The notes beneath the pieces were generated by a model, which worked only from the letters and a program-made list of their open reading frames with translations, made no database searches and had not been told where the DNA came from. Positions 28,369 to 37,581 of a stretch of 64,000 nucleotides of DNA are shown here, one piece after another. The stretch lies in contig DAOVQB010000001.1 of assembly GCA_030628905.1 (NCBI GenBank), positions 41,375 to 105,374 on the forward strand, given 5' to 3'. This stretch comes from Candidatus Eiseniibacteriota bacterium. Its GTDB lineage: Bacteria; Eisenbacteria; RBG-16-71-46; CAIMUX01; WJJG01. The translations under genes and the position numbers were made by a program. Position 1 is the stretch's first letter, and each line of letters starts with the position of its first letter.

Positions 28369-28635
28369 TCACTCTGTTTTCTCGAATATGTCCTTGCCGA
28401 CGCCACATTCGGAACAAACCCAATCATCGGATAGTTCCTGAAATGACGTAGCGAGGACGATACCGCGTGTCCTCGTGGCAAATGCCACGTTGATGACGTC
28501 GAAGCCCTCATCCACCTCGCTCAAGTGGAGAGTGACGGGCCGCCCGGCCCAATTGTGCCAGTAGGCCACGACGATTCGTTCGGGAGCGCATGGGCTCCGG
28601 TAACCAGGCCGAGGCTGCAAAGCAGACTGCAACAA
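28369..28635 (-). CDS. Rubredoxin-like small protein with only the C-terminal CxxCG knuckle conserved
   Basis: The C-terminus '[29 protein letters not shown]' matches the rubredoxin consensus G-I-x-P-G-T-x-F-E-D-L-P-D-D-W-x-C-P-x-C-G-x-x-K-D-x-F. The expected N-terminal CxxCG is replaced ('RPVTL'). The true start is unclear. Confidence 0.4.
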   Translation of the reverse strand: MLQSALQPRPGYRSPCAPERIVVAYWHNWAGRPVTLHLSEVDEGFDVINVAFATRTRGIVLATSFQELSDDWVCSECGVGKDIFEKTE

Positions 28636-28701
28636 GCATGATGCATGATCGCATTGGGGTTTCTCCTGAAATCAGCTACCCCTCGGTGAGCAGCTCATTT
28701 C

Positions 28702-29691
28702 TCACGAGAACTCCACCCCGCACCTGTCGGCGATGCGCCGCGCCAGGACAAGAAAGTCCCTTTCGCAGTCGCGCACAGCCTGCATGTGCGCACCAATTGC
28801 GCGATCGGCAGGCTTCAGGTGAAACATCGGTTTGCGGGCCTCCATGGCGAGCGGCATCAGGCTGCGGTAATGCTTCAGCGTGGCTAGTTTCTGCTCATCC
28901 TGTTCCATGGCCGGCGCATCAGTTGCCCGGTCTCCAAGAACCGAGAACCGATACTCGCCGGGGATGCGATCCATCCAGCGCGAGTAGGCTTGTACCGGAC
29001 GGTCGAGCCGCACCGCGTGCTGTAGCACGACGTAGCCCGCGGGCTGCATCTCGCCCTTCGGTAGGTCCAACTCGGGTTCGGGGTTCTTGTCATAACGCTC
29101 TTGCCACTCCTCACGCCATTTGCGAAGCGTCGGGCCAAGGTTGCGAAGGCCCTGGAGGGAGAAGAGGTCGGGAGCCAAAGGAACCACCACGTGCTCGGCC
29201 GCGATGAGGGCAGCGCGGTTGATGGCGCCCAGGTTCGGGCCGACATCGATCAGGAGCAGATCCGCTTCGCGATCCATTACCGCCATAGCCATCAGACGGT
29301 GGAAGGCCGAAATGACGCGGAATGCGGCTACCTGCCGGTCAAGGCAGTTCGGCCACTCGCGCGAGAGCCGATCCTCGAAGGTGGACAGCCCCAGATCGCC
29401 GATAACGAGCCCCAAGTCATCGGCGATGTCTTCCACATGAGGTAGAGAGACGTCTCCAGTTCCGTCGAGCATCGGCTGTACGGCCCCCAGCACGGTATCG
29501 GGATGCTTTCCGTCCGGCCATAGATCCTCCAGCCGTTCCTCCGCGAGGAACATGGAGCTGAGGTTGGCCTGAGGGTCCAGATCGGCTGCCAGGACCCGGA
29601 CTCCACGGTTCGCGAACATCCATGCCAGGTGGTAGACGAGCGTGGTCTTGCCGACACCACCCTTATTATTGAACAAGGCGATGGTCGTCAT
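28702..29691 (-). CDS. ParA/MinD-superfamily P-loop ATPase with an extended C-terminal region of about 100 aa
   Basis: The deviant Walker A is 'NNKGGVGKTTLVYHLA'. 'ADLDPQANLS' and the Walker B region 'LLLIDVGPNLG' are present. The start ATG overlaps the stop of the upstream AlbA_2 gene (ATGA). Confidence 0.8.
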   Translation of the reverse strand: MTTIALFNNKGGVGKTTLVYHLAWMFANRGVRVLAADLDPQANLSSMFLAEERLEDLWPDGKHPDTVLGAVQPMLDGTGDVSLPHVEDIADDLGLVIGDLGLSTFEDRLSREWPNCLDRQVAAFRVISAFHRLMAMAVMDREADLLLIDVGPNLGAINRAALIAAEHVVVPLAPDLFSLQGLRNLGPTLRKWREEWQERYDKNPEPELDLPKGEMQPAGYVVLQHAVRLDRPVQAYSRWMDRIPGEYRFSVLGDRATDAPAMEQDEQKLATLKHYRSLMPLAMEARKPMFHLKPADRAIGAHMQAVRDCERDFLVLARRIADRCGVEFS

Positions 29692-30869
29692 GGGTGCCTC
29701 CGGATGGTCGTGAGCACTGCCGTGTCCTGGAAATCGAACTCGGGGGGCGGATTGCCATTGTCTGCAAGAGCCTTTCTCGCCATTGGGATGCCCACACCGA
29801 AGCGTTGGATATACCCGAGCACGGCCAGGGCTTCAGCGACGAGGGGATTGCGGTAGTCCGTGACCCCTGTACCGAAGTTCTCCGGCGTAACCTGGCCGTA
29901 TAACCCGCCGGGGCTGTGGATCTCCACTCGGTCGGAAAACCAGTAGACATGCACGGGCGCGTTGCTCGTCTCGTAGTTGCGGTGGACCAGGGCGTTGCGA
30001 ACAAGTTGCTGCAATGCAACGGCCGCATAGTCTGGCTGCCGCTTCTCGCGCGCACCCGAAGTGATATCGGTCGCGACTGAGATGTTCAAATCGATAAGAT
30101 CATCAAGCTGTCGCGCAACCTCGTTCAAGGGGCCAACAAGGCGCTTCTGATGCTTGATTGGATCAGCCAGCTCCGTACCGTCGATGCCAAGAAACTGGAT
30201 ATACGCACTTGGAATCCAGCGGAGAGGGTCTCTCCCCGCCACGAGCACGGCACCATAGCATGGTGTCTCGCCGGTGATGAGTCGAAGTGAGGCAAGCTGC
30301 TGCTTGACGTGCCAGTCGTTCGCTGTCAGGACCTCTTCTGCGAATGCGGAGGGCAAATACTCCCGCTGTAGAAAATTGAGGTCGAGGTCGTCGAGCGTGG
30401 CGTCGAGGGCCCGCCGGCGATCGAAAGGAAGATCCGCCGCGCGCCGTCGCTCGATGAGACGCCGCTCATTGTCGGGCGTTGCTTCACGCGTGCTCGGCCC
30501 CACACGTACCCAGCAACGACCCTGGTAGCGAACAGGTGGGTCGCGCGAGGGGTCCACCTGGACAATCGCCACTTTGCAGCCATCGAGAACTCGCTGGTCG
30601 ACTTCCATCGAGGGAATCGGGAGAATCCCACTGTTGCGCATGTCAGCCAGAAGTTTCAGAAGGTCATCATCGATCTCGATGTTCGCACAGGTTCCGTCAT
30701 TCTCGACGCCGACAAAGACAATGCCCGGTTTGCCATCACCGGGAAGATCATTCGCGAACGCACAAATCGCCTTGCGGATAGCGCTGCGGTCCCCTGCAGT
30801 CCGCTTCCGCTCAGCACTTGGCGATTCCAGGTCCTTCAACAGATCGAGAAGTCGGGCATCGTCAAGCAT
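29688..30869 (-). CDS. AlbA_2 (Schlafen-like 'divergent AAA') plus HATPase_c_4 two-domain protein, a COG2865-type putative transcriptional regulator/ATP-binding protein
   Basis: The N-terminus is 'LLDLLKDLESPSAERKRT...IRKAICAFANDLPGDGKPGIVFVGVENDGT' (AlbA_2). The C-terminus is 'LQQLVRNALVHRNYETSNAPVHVYWFSDRVEIHSPGGL' (HATPase_c_4 / RecG-C-like). Confidence 0.75.
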   Translation of the reverse strand: MLDDARLLDLLKDLESPSAERKRTAGDRSAIRKAICAFANDLPGDGKPGIVFVGVENDGTCANIEIDDDLLKLLADMRNSGILPIPSMEVDQRVLDGCKVAIVQVDPSRDPPVRYQGRCWVRVGPSTREATPDNERRLIERRRAADLPFDRRRALDATLDDLDLNFLQREYLPSAFAEEVLTANDWHVKQQLASLRLITGETPCYGAVLVAGRDPLRWIPSAYIQFLGIDGTELADPIKHQKRLVGPLNEVARQLDDLIDLNISVATDITSGAREKRQPDYAAVALQQLVRNALVHRNYETSNAPVHVYWFSDRVEIHSPGGLYGQVTPENFGTGVTDYRNPLVAEALAVLGYIQRFGVGIPMARKALADNGNPPPEFDFQDTAVLTTIRRHP

Positions 30870-31257
30870 GGCTGGTCTCCCTCCTTGCAGCGCTAGTCAT
30901 CTTAGTGGCCCTCCGTGTTCAAGGCTAGTGGTAGGACCACCCCGGACAGCCTAGTGCGGTGTGTCATGCCTTGAATCATCCAGCGCTCCCCAGGTATTTT
31001 CCAGCCAAATGGTGTGATCCGTAACTATTTGGAAATACAGGGATTACCTCGCATCCTGTGTATTGGATCGGCTGGGAATTGGCTAGGCTGTACCGATTCG
31101 GAGCCAAACGAACCAATCAAGCGATCTGTGTTCTTCGCCGGTTGTCATCACAAGGGTTCCCCCACAGCTCGACCTCAGCCCTACAGCGCCACCAGTCGCT
31201 CTCCGTGGCACGCCAACCACGCCTTGAGGGCCGTGAGTGGCTCGCAGGGCGCGGTTT

Positions 31258-34200
31258 TCAGCGCAGAAACAGCATGCGTTGGCACTGTTGCCGGCCGTCG
31301 GCTTCCAGCACATAGAAATAGACACCGCTGCCCACATGGCGGGCGCCAGCATCGCGGCCGTTCCAGCTACACAGGTGTTGCCCGCGCGGCATGGGGCCGT
31401 GGATCAATGTGCGCAGGAGACGTCCATTGGCATCGAAAACCTGCAGGCGTACGTTCGACGGTCTGGGTAGGTCGAATCGGATGCGTGCACAGGCATCTTC
31501 TGTGCCGAATGGGTTTGGACTGCTCTGGTGCAGCGCCAGGCAGGTAGGTAGCGCGGATGTGTCCCCAACCCCGGCAGCGCCGGGCGTGGAAGTGAAGACT
31601 TGTACATCATCGATGTACCAGCCATCTCCGAAGGCGGCATAGTCGCTCCCGAAACGGAAGCGTAGTTGCACCGTGCCCGTTACGCCCTCGATTGAGAAGC
31701 AGGCTTCCTGCCAGTCGAATGTGCCAGAGTAGAACGGCAACTCGGATGGGAAGGGCCCCGGCCCCTGCGGACGGTTGCGCACGAGGTTCGGATAACCGCC
31801 GACCGGTGAGATGTGTGTCCAGTCGCCGCCATCCACGGATATCTCGATTAGGCCTCCGTCATAGCCATAGGGTGGATACCAGGCACTGTCCTCCGCGTCC
31901 ATCCAGTGCCAGAAGGTCAATTCGCTGTTGCCCGCGAGCGGGAAGGGTTCGCTCACCAGGGCGCCGTCGGCGAAGGGCTCGTAATCACCGCCACTGTCAT
32001 CGCCGAATTTCCAGGCCCAGTTGCCGCCCGGTGTATGGTTCTCCTCCTCTGACAGATGCCATTGGTCCACGAAATCCTCCGTGACCACGTAGTGCGTCCA
32101 GGCGCCGGTCCCGCCTTCCATATCATCCGTGAAGAGCACTGGAAGAATCCAGAAGGCATAGATCTCCTCCGGCGGGTTGGGAGGATCGGTTGAGGCATTG
32201 CCGCCCACGTCGCGACCGCTGAGGTAGTAGTGGACCAAGGTGGTGTAGGGCTGGCCGGGAATGGAAGCCTTGTAGATGTTATCCCCCTGCTCCTCCAGCG
32301 GAATCGTCATCCATCCGCTGCCATTTGCGTTGTAGATCAGTGAGAGCTCTTCGAAATCTGAGTATTCAATGACGGTGGAGTAGATGTCATAGGGCCCTTG
32401 TGTGTCGGGGGTACTCGGGTAGTCAGTCGTTGCGCTGAAGGTTGGCGGCAGGGTGTCCTGGAGTGCGAAATTGATATTCGTCGCTTGCTCTTCGGCGATG
32501 ACAACCGCCCAGGCTGTGTCAGGGGCGAAGCTGGGATGCCGCGCGACTACCGTGTAGGTTCCCACCAGGACGCCGCCGCTATAGATCCCGTTCGAAGCGG
32601 CCGTCAACTGCTCACCGCTTTCAAGAAGATGGACAGTGGCCTGCCCCAAAGGAGTGCCACCGTTGGTATCGTTGGTGATCATCCCGGCGAGAGTTCCTCT
32701 CGGCTGGCAGGTGAGTGTGAGGAACTTGATGGCCCGTCCGCTTTGGATGAGTCTCCCGCCTGCGTTGTAGTAACCATAGTAGCTGTACATCAAGCCGTCG
32801 GTTTGATCTCCATTCTCGATTCCGACCGTACAGTAGTGCTGGATATGGTCGCTGTTGTTGAAGGTATCGTACTGGAAGAGGATGACGCCGTCACCGGTAG
32901 GAGTTGGGTAGTGGATCGGATCGTAGAGGATAGCCTCGAAATTCTGAACGGTGTTGCCTAGACGGTTTTTCACGCGGGCCCATTGAACAATGTAGCGGTG
33001 GTTGTCGGCGTCAAACCAATGATAGACCGTGTTGCTTCCGGAGGGATAGAGATCGTCCCACATGGGTGCGATCATGTAGTTGGGTGCACCGGCTGCCGGG
33101 ATGTTCCAATTGCGGCGATTGGTCAAGTATGTTGAGCCCATGGCCATCCATCCATTCGAGCAGATCGTGGCGCGCGTGAATGTCTCGCCGTAGTAAGTGA
33201 ATGGGAACGGCAGATCGATCGTCTCTGATTTTTCGTCTGTCATCGCCAGGGAGCTCCCGCTGCCCCCGTGGTTGGGATCGAGCTCGATCCATTCATAGGT
33301 GGGTGCTTGAGGGAAGGCGAGATCGGTATCGTCGAAGGCATAGTAGCCATAGGCGTCCGCTCCTGTCGGATCGTCCGCGTTTGGAGTGCCGATAGGCAAG
33401 GCCAAGTGGACCGTGTCCGTGAGCCCGCTGGAGAACTGCAGGGCGAGCACCATGGGAGCGATATGGCCGTTATAGCAGTAATTGGAAACAGTCAGGCCGA
33501 AGCGGTCTGCCGTGTTTTCCCCCACTGAATCCGCAGGGATTATCCCAAAGGATCCGTATCCATCGTCGACCGTCACCCACGGACTTTCGGAAATCAGGGC
33601 TCCGGTAACGCTGCTGGCTCCCGCACCGCCGAGGTTCAGGATCCGCACACTGATCTCCCCAGTCTCTCCCGGATCGATAGTGTCGCCAAAGCCCCATAGA
33701 GTAACGCCGTCGCAAGCGAAGTCGGCCGAAACAACTTGGATTTCGAGGAGTGCATGCCAGCTATCAGCCCCCGACTGCAGCTCCAGTCCCAAACGGATCA
33801 GGTGGCCATGTGGCGCGGCCGGGTCGATATGAATGTCGAAATCATCCTCGCTCCAGGCCGTTTCGCCACTGGGGATGTCACCGAAGGCTTCGGTGGCGTC
33901 GAGAATCGTGGTGTAGGGGTCGCCCGCAGCGGTGAGGGTGCCGGTTACTTCCGTGGCGACTTGAGTGCCGAAGTTCTCGACCAGCACCGGGATCTCAATC
34001 GTCTCGCCTGGATTGGGCACGTGGTCGCGGTTCCCGTTGCTGGATCCGAGCGTGTCATCGTCGATCAGATGTGTGTTGTAGGCGACATGTCTTTCGTGCT
34101 GCGTCACATTGATGGCTGCCAGATAGGGGTGGTGATCATGCTTGGTCACAGTGAGCTTCATCTCGCCCTCGGAGGGCGTGGTGACTGGCAGCTCGATAGA

Positions 34201-36363
34201 GCCGTCGGCGCAGGTGTATCCTCCCACGTGCGTGCATCCCTCCATCCAAAGGCAGACATATGCCTCCTCGCAGGGGAGACCATCGGCCGTGACGTGAATC
34301 GTCACGGTATTCGTTCCGATGGGGAGTTGTGTGGGGTGATCAACCTCGATGGCCTGCGGAACAGCGGTCCAGAGCTCGCCAGCCGAATCGCCCATCAGGT
34401 TGTTCCAATGTGAATAGGTTCGTACAGCCCCCATGTTGGCTTCAGCATAGTTGACATAAAGTTCGTACTTGGCGCGCGTTAGGGCAGCGCCGAAGTGAAA
34501 CATGTTTTCCCAGAAGATGCCCCGCCAAATGCCATAGACCACACAGTTGTTGTAGCGGGTGTGCGTGCCCGTTGTTGCGGTTCCGATACTGGCAATGCCC
34601 CCGGTCGGAGTGTTGGGGGGTACGCCGGCGCGGATCCATGCCTCGCTGCGCGCCAGGCCCTGGTTGAAGGAACCGGTGTCACAGGTAAGATTGACCGCGA
34701 AGGGCATCTTCCAGCCGTTTTGCAAGGCCAGGATGTGTCCCGTGCTGAAGCCGCTCATGTTGTAATAGCCGCGGTAGCTGAAGACAGTGTCGCCGCGATT
34801 AATGCAGTTGCGGATGCCACTGACCCAGGGCGATGTGAAAACAGTGTCAATATCTGCGTAGCCGTAGGAGCTAAGTCGCGTCTTGAGCCACTGCGCGATT
34901 TGAATGCAGGTATATCCGGAATAGGAGGGGTCGCCCACGAGACATGCGCGCGTATACCAATCCGTCTCCGCCATATAGGGAGTGCTTTCATAGCCAACGA
35001 TCTTGGTGACATAAAGCTGCAGGCCATCGACCGAGTCGACGGAGATGCGGCCGATGTGGGCATCGGGGAGCAGATCGTCTCCATCGAGCTTGACATAGGG
35101 GTGGTCGGCCGATCCGCCTCCGTAGAGCCAACAGGGGATCGATATATCGCCATTGGCATCTCCGATAAGTGTGATGTATTCAGGCGGGTTGTCCCAAGTT
35201 GCATAGGCGAACCTGAGCCAGTCTTGAATGTCTTCCTTGCTTGCTCCGGTCTCCGTGGTCGTTACCAGGTGGACTTCGTAGCCCTTGCGTGCACGCCATT
35301 CAACGAGCGGTTCGAGGGCGGCAAGGATTTCGGGGTCATCCGGACAGATGATGACATAGGTTCCCAGGGAGACGACTTGAGCGTTGCGAGAGCCCGTATG
35401 GCTGCAAGAACCCGTATAGTTAACGACCAAGTTGCGGTAGAGCTGATCAAAGGAAGAGGAGAGGACCGGATGAATGCGGGGCGCGCTGTTGCGCACGTCT
35501 TGGCCGGAGAATGTGATCTGGATCTGGATGCGCGTGGCGACCTCGAGGGTTTCTCGGGCAGGGTCATAGCGGACCGGGTGGATGGTGATCGGCACCACCC
35601 GCAGGCCGCGTGCGATTGCCGGGTCCCCCAGGTGCGCCCACTGCGCTGGATGATCGGCCGCAGGAGCATCGGCAGCATAGGCATTGCGATTGATGACGAA
35701 GCCTGATGCCTCATCGGGCTGTACTGGTAGGGGCCGGAAACCGGCAACCTCTGTTGTCTCTAGGCTCACAATCTCAAGGTGGGCGGCAACGCAAGCGGGG
35801 ATCTCAATCAGCCGGGAGAAGGACGGAAGCATCGGTGCACCCACCTGACCGGTGAAACCGCCACCCCCGATCTCCAGGATGGGGAAGCTCCCGGCCTCGA
35901 TCTGCAGGACGTGAAAGGTCTCGCCCGCGATCTCCAGTGGGAGGGCATGTAGGGAGGGCAGCTCGAACTCGAGCACAAGACCCTCTTCTATCGAACCAAG
36001 CGTGTGAATGGAGGGCGTCTCCTGCCGACTTGAAGCCCTGGAGAGAAGTGCAAGTTCCCTGTACTTGGGAGCGGCAGTAACGCGAGGGACAGTTGGGACG
36101 CAGGGCGCGAGCTGCTGCCGCAAGGCGCTTGCAAGCAGCGTCGGGATCTTGGATCCGCCCGGGTCAGTGACCATGGAGTCAGCGTGCGGTGAAGTACCAG
36201 CGTTCACGGACGACCCGCCGGATGCAAGGGTTGTGGTCGTCAGTATGGCAATGGCAAGGGGCGTCAGGCGCCGATGCATGTGTTCCTCCCGAGCGGAAGT
36301 GACCTGGGCCAAAAGGGGGGGAGCAGAAGCCCAGCATGAGCCAAGGCAACCGATTTCATACAA
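31258..36363 (-). CDS. Giant (1701 aa) secreted peptidase C25 (gingipain-like) multidomain protein with a C-terminal sorting domain
   Basis: The signal peptide is 'MHRRLTPLAIAILTTTTLASGGSSVNA'. The C25 core carries 'YITLIGDANGD...GRISVDS', 'YRGYYNMSGFSTGH' (His region) and 'AVNLTCDTGSF' (Cys region). Multiple beta-sandwich-like domains follow. The CTD is 'GVYFYVLEADGRQQCQRMLFLR'. Confidence 0.8.
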   Translation of the reverse strand: MYEIGCLGSCWASAPPLLAQVTSAREEHMHRRLTPLAIAILTTTTLASGGSSVNAGTSPHADSMVTDPGGSKIPTLLASALRQQLAPCVPTVPRVTAAPKYRELALLSRASSRQETPSIHTLGSIEEGLVLEFELPSLHALPLEIAGETFHVLQIEAGSFPILEIGGGGFTGQVGAPMLPSFSRLIEIPACVAAHLEIVSLETTEVAGFRPLPVQPDEASGFVINRNAYAADAPAADHPAQWAHLGDPAIARGLRVVPITIHPVRYDPARETLEVATRIQIQITFSGQDVRNSAPRIHPVLSSSFDQLYRNLVVNYTGSCSHTGSRNAQVVSLGTYVIICPDDPEILAALEPLVEWRARKGYEVHLVTTTETGASKEDIQDWLRFAYATWDNPPEYITLIGDANGDISIPCWLYGGGSADHPYVKLDGDDLLPDAHIGRISVDSVDGLQLYVTKIVGYESTPYMAETDWYTRACLVGDPSYSGYTCIQIAQWLKTRLSSYGYADIDTVFTSPWVSGIRNCINRGDTVFSYRGYYNMSGFSTGHILALQNGWKMPFAVNLTCDTGSFNQGLARSEAWIRAGVPPNTPTGGIASIGTATTGTHTRYNNCVVYGIWRGIFWENMFHFGAALTRAKYELYVNYAEANMGAVRTYSHWNNLMGDSAGELWTAVPQAIEVDHPTQLPIGTNTVTIHVTADGLPCEEAYVCLWMEGCTHVGGYTCADGSIELPVTTPSEGEMKLTVTKHDHHPYLAAINVTQHERHVAYNTHLIDDDTLGSSNGNRDHVPNPGETIEIPVLVENFGTQVATEVTGTLTAAGDPYTTILDATEAFGDIPSGETAWSEDDFDIHIDPAAPHGHLIRLGLELQSGADSWHALLEIQVVSADFACDGVTLWGFGDTIDPGETGEISVRILNLGGAGASSVTGALISESPWVTVDDGYGSFGIIPADSVGENTADRFGLTVSNYCYNGHIAPMVLALQFSSGLTDTVHLALPIGTPNADDPTGADAYGYYAFDDTDLAFPQAPTYEWIELDPNHGGSGSSLAMTDEKSETIDLPFPFTYYGETFTRATICSNGWMAMGSTYLTNRRNWNIPAAGAPNYMIAPMWDDLYPSGSNTVYHWFDADNHRYIVQWARVKNRLGNTVQNFEAILYDPIHYPTPTGDGVILFQYDTFNNSDHIQHYCTVGIENGDQTDGLMYSYYGYYNAGGRLIQSGRAIKFLTLTCQPRGTLAGMITNDTNGGTPLGQATVHLLESGEQLTAASNGIYSGGVLVGTYTVVARHPSFAPDTAWAVVIAEEQATNINFALQDTLPPTFSATTDYPSTPDTQGPYDIYSTVIEYSDFEELSLIYNANGSGWMTIPLEEQGDNIYKASIPGQPYTTLVHYYLSGRDVGGNASTDPPNPPEEIYAFWILPVLFTDDMEGGTGAWTHYVVTEDFVDQWHLSEEENHTPGGNWAWKFGDDSGGDYEPFADGALVSEPFPLAGNSELTFWHWMDAEDSAWYPPYGYDGGLIEISVDGGDWTHISPVGGYPNLVRNRPQGPGPFPSELPFYSGTFDWQEACFSIEGVTGTVQLRFRFGSDYAAFGDGWYIDDVQVFTSTPGAAGVGDTSALPTCLALHQSSPNPFGTEDACARIRFDLPRPSNVRLQVFDANGRLLRTLIHGPMPRGQHLCSWNGRDAGARHVGSGVYFYVLEADGRQQCQRMLFLR

Positions 36364-36469
36364 TTATACCGGTTTGAACCTGACTTCCGAAAGGGCCGGA
36401 TTATTGGTGCATGGCATGTCGGCTGCGGTACTCCACAGGAGATGGAGCCCGCCAGCTCGGGCTGCATGC

Positions 36470-37363
36470 TCAGCGCGACGATTGTCGGCGTTTCGGCGGC
36501 TTGCGCTTGGGTGGCGGTGGCTTCGGATGTGATTTGGCCAACCTCAGTGGCGGCTTCGTGACATGTGGATGGTGGCGCTGATGCCAGATACTGCGCGCCA
36601 ACCGGGGGTGCTGGCCCAGGTAGATACGCCGGGCCCAGACGATCTTGTGAATGCGCGCGTTGCGAGCGGCCCGCAGTTTGTAGGCCCACGAGGCTTTCCA
36701 GAGGCGAGCTCGCGGGTTGTACCAACGCCAGTGGAGATAGAGGCTGCGTGCAAAACGAGGGTGGATCCGCAGATGGTGATAGACCCGCCACCAGGCACGA
36801 TAGAGTGGCGGGTGCGCGGCAAGATAACCCACATAGGCAATCATGACCGGATCGGAACCGGTGTAGGTCGGTTCTACTTCCTCCGCAAAGAGCGCCTCAG
36901 CTTCCTCGGGGTGGCCCTCGAGATAGGCCATCGCCTCTCCATGCGTATCAAGAAGGGATTCGTCCTCTCCGGCCAGACGTTCCACTTCCTCGACTCGCTC
37001 GGCGAAATCGGGGTCGGCCGCCATAAGGCTGTCGAGGGCAGCCATGTGGGTCTCGGCATCAGCTTCCTCTGCGGCCGCTTCATCCAGCTCCGTCTGCCGC
37101 TCCAATAGGACCGGATCTTTCTCGTAGGCCTTGTTCAGAGAAGTCTCCTGCTCGGCGAATTCGGGGTTCGCTTCCAGGGAATCCTCCTCGGCGGGCGAAC
37201 TGGCAGAATCCGAGTAGCAGGCCGCCGGCAGTAGGGCCACTAGCAAGGCCGCCGGCAGTAGGGCCACTAGCAAGGCCGCTGGCAGTAGGGCCACTAGCAA
37301 GGCCGCTGGCCGTAGGACCACCATGATTCCGTGCCTCATTATAATCTCCATCATGATTTTCAT
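36470..37363 (-). CDS. Putative lipoprotein with a tandemly repeated signal-region (LLVALLPAA x3-4), an acidic central region and a basic Trp/Arg/His-rich C-terminus
   Basis: An SD-like 'gggaaag' lies before the ATG at 37363. The lipobox-like sequence is 'LLPAAC'. A 27-bp x ~3.7 DNA repeat sits at 37221-37325. The C-terminus has repeated 'HPR(F/L)ARS' units and a 'KPPPPKRKPPKRR' tail. Confidence 0.5.
   Translation of the reverse strand: MKIMMEIIMRHGIMVVLRPAALLVALLPAALLVALLPAALLVALLPAACYSDSASSPAEEDSLEANPEFAEQETSLNKAYEKDPVLLERQTELDEAAAEEADAETHMAALDSLMAADPDFAERVEEVERLAGEDESLLDTHGEAMAYLEGHPEEAEALFAEEVEPTYTGSDPVMIAYVGYLAAHPPLYRAWWRVYHHLRIHPRFARSLYLHWRWYNPRARLWKASWAYKLRAARNARIHKIVWARRIYLGQHPRLARSIWHQRHHPHVTKPPLRLAKSHPKPPPPKRKPPKRRQSSR
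37221..37325 (-). repeat. 27-bp tandem repeat x ~3.7 within the lipoprotein signal-peptide coding region
   Basis: Direct reading of the DNA: gccgccggcagtagggccactagcaag and variants. Confidence 0.85.
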
Positions 37364-37581
37364 CGTCTTTCCCTGCCAGACTGGAGCCACAGGCGCCCCT
37401 GGAATGTGAAGCCCCCCCCTTGCGGGGTCACCTCTGGTATCGGCCGGCTCTGAGTGCACGATTACGGTGGAGTCCATTGCGGTGCCACTTTTGCGCATGC
37501 ATGGTCGAGCAACGAGTGGTAGTTTCTTTACGGGGTGCCGTGGACTGGGAAATGGGCATCCTTCCTGAAGTTGGAGGTCTC

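Noticed and set aside
30870-31257. 390-bp intergenic region upstream of the AlbA_2 gene as a possible mobile-element end or att site
   Set aside because: No clear inverted or direct repeats were found. Only a weak 'ctagtgg' reiteration is present, and no integrase or transposase is nearby.
34495-35706. 403-aa plus-strand ORF inside the C25 gene
   Set aside because: It is antisense to the C25 protease coding region and has no recognisable features.
36008-36532. 174-aa plus-strand ORF across the C25 start region
   Set aside because: It is antisense to the C25 signal-peptide region and adjacent intergenic DNA and has no features.
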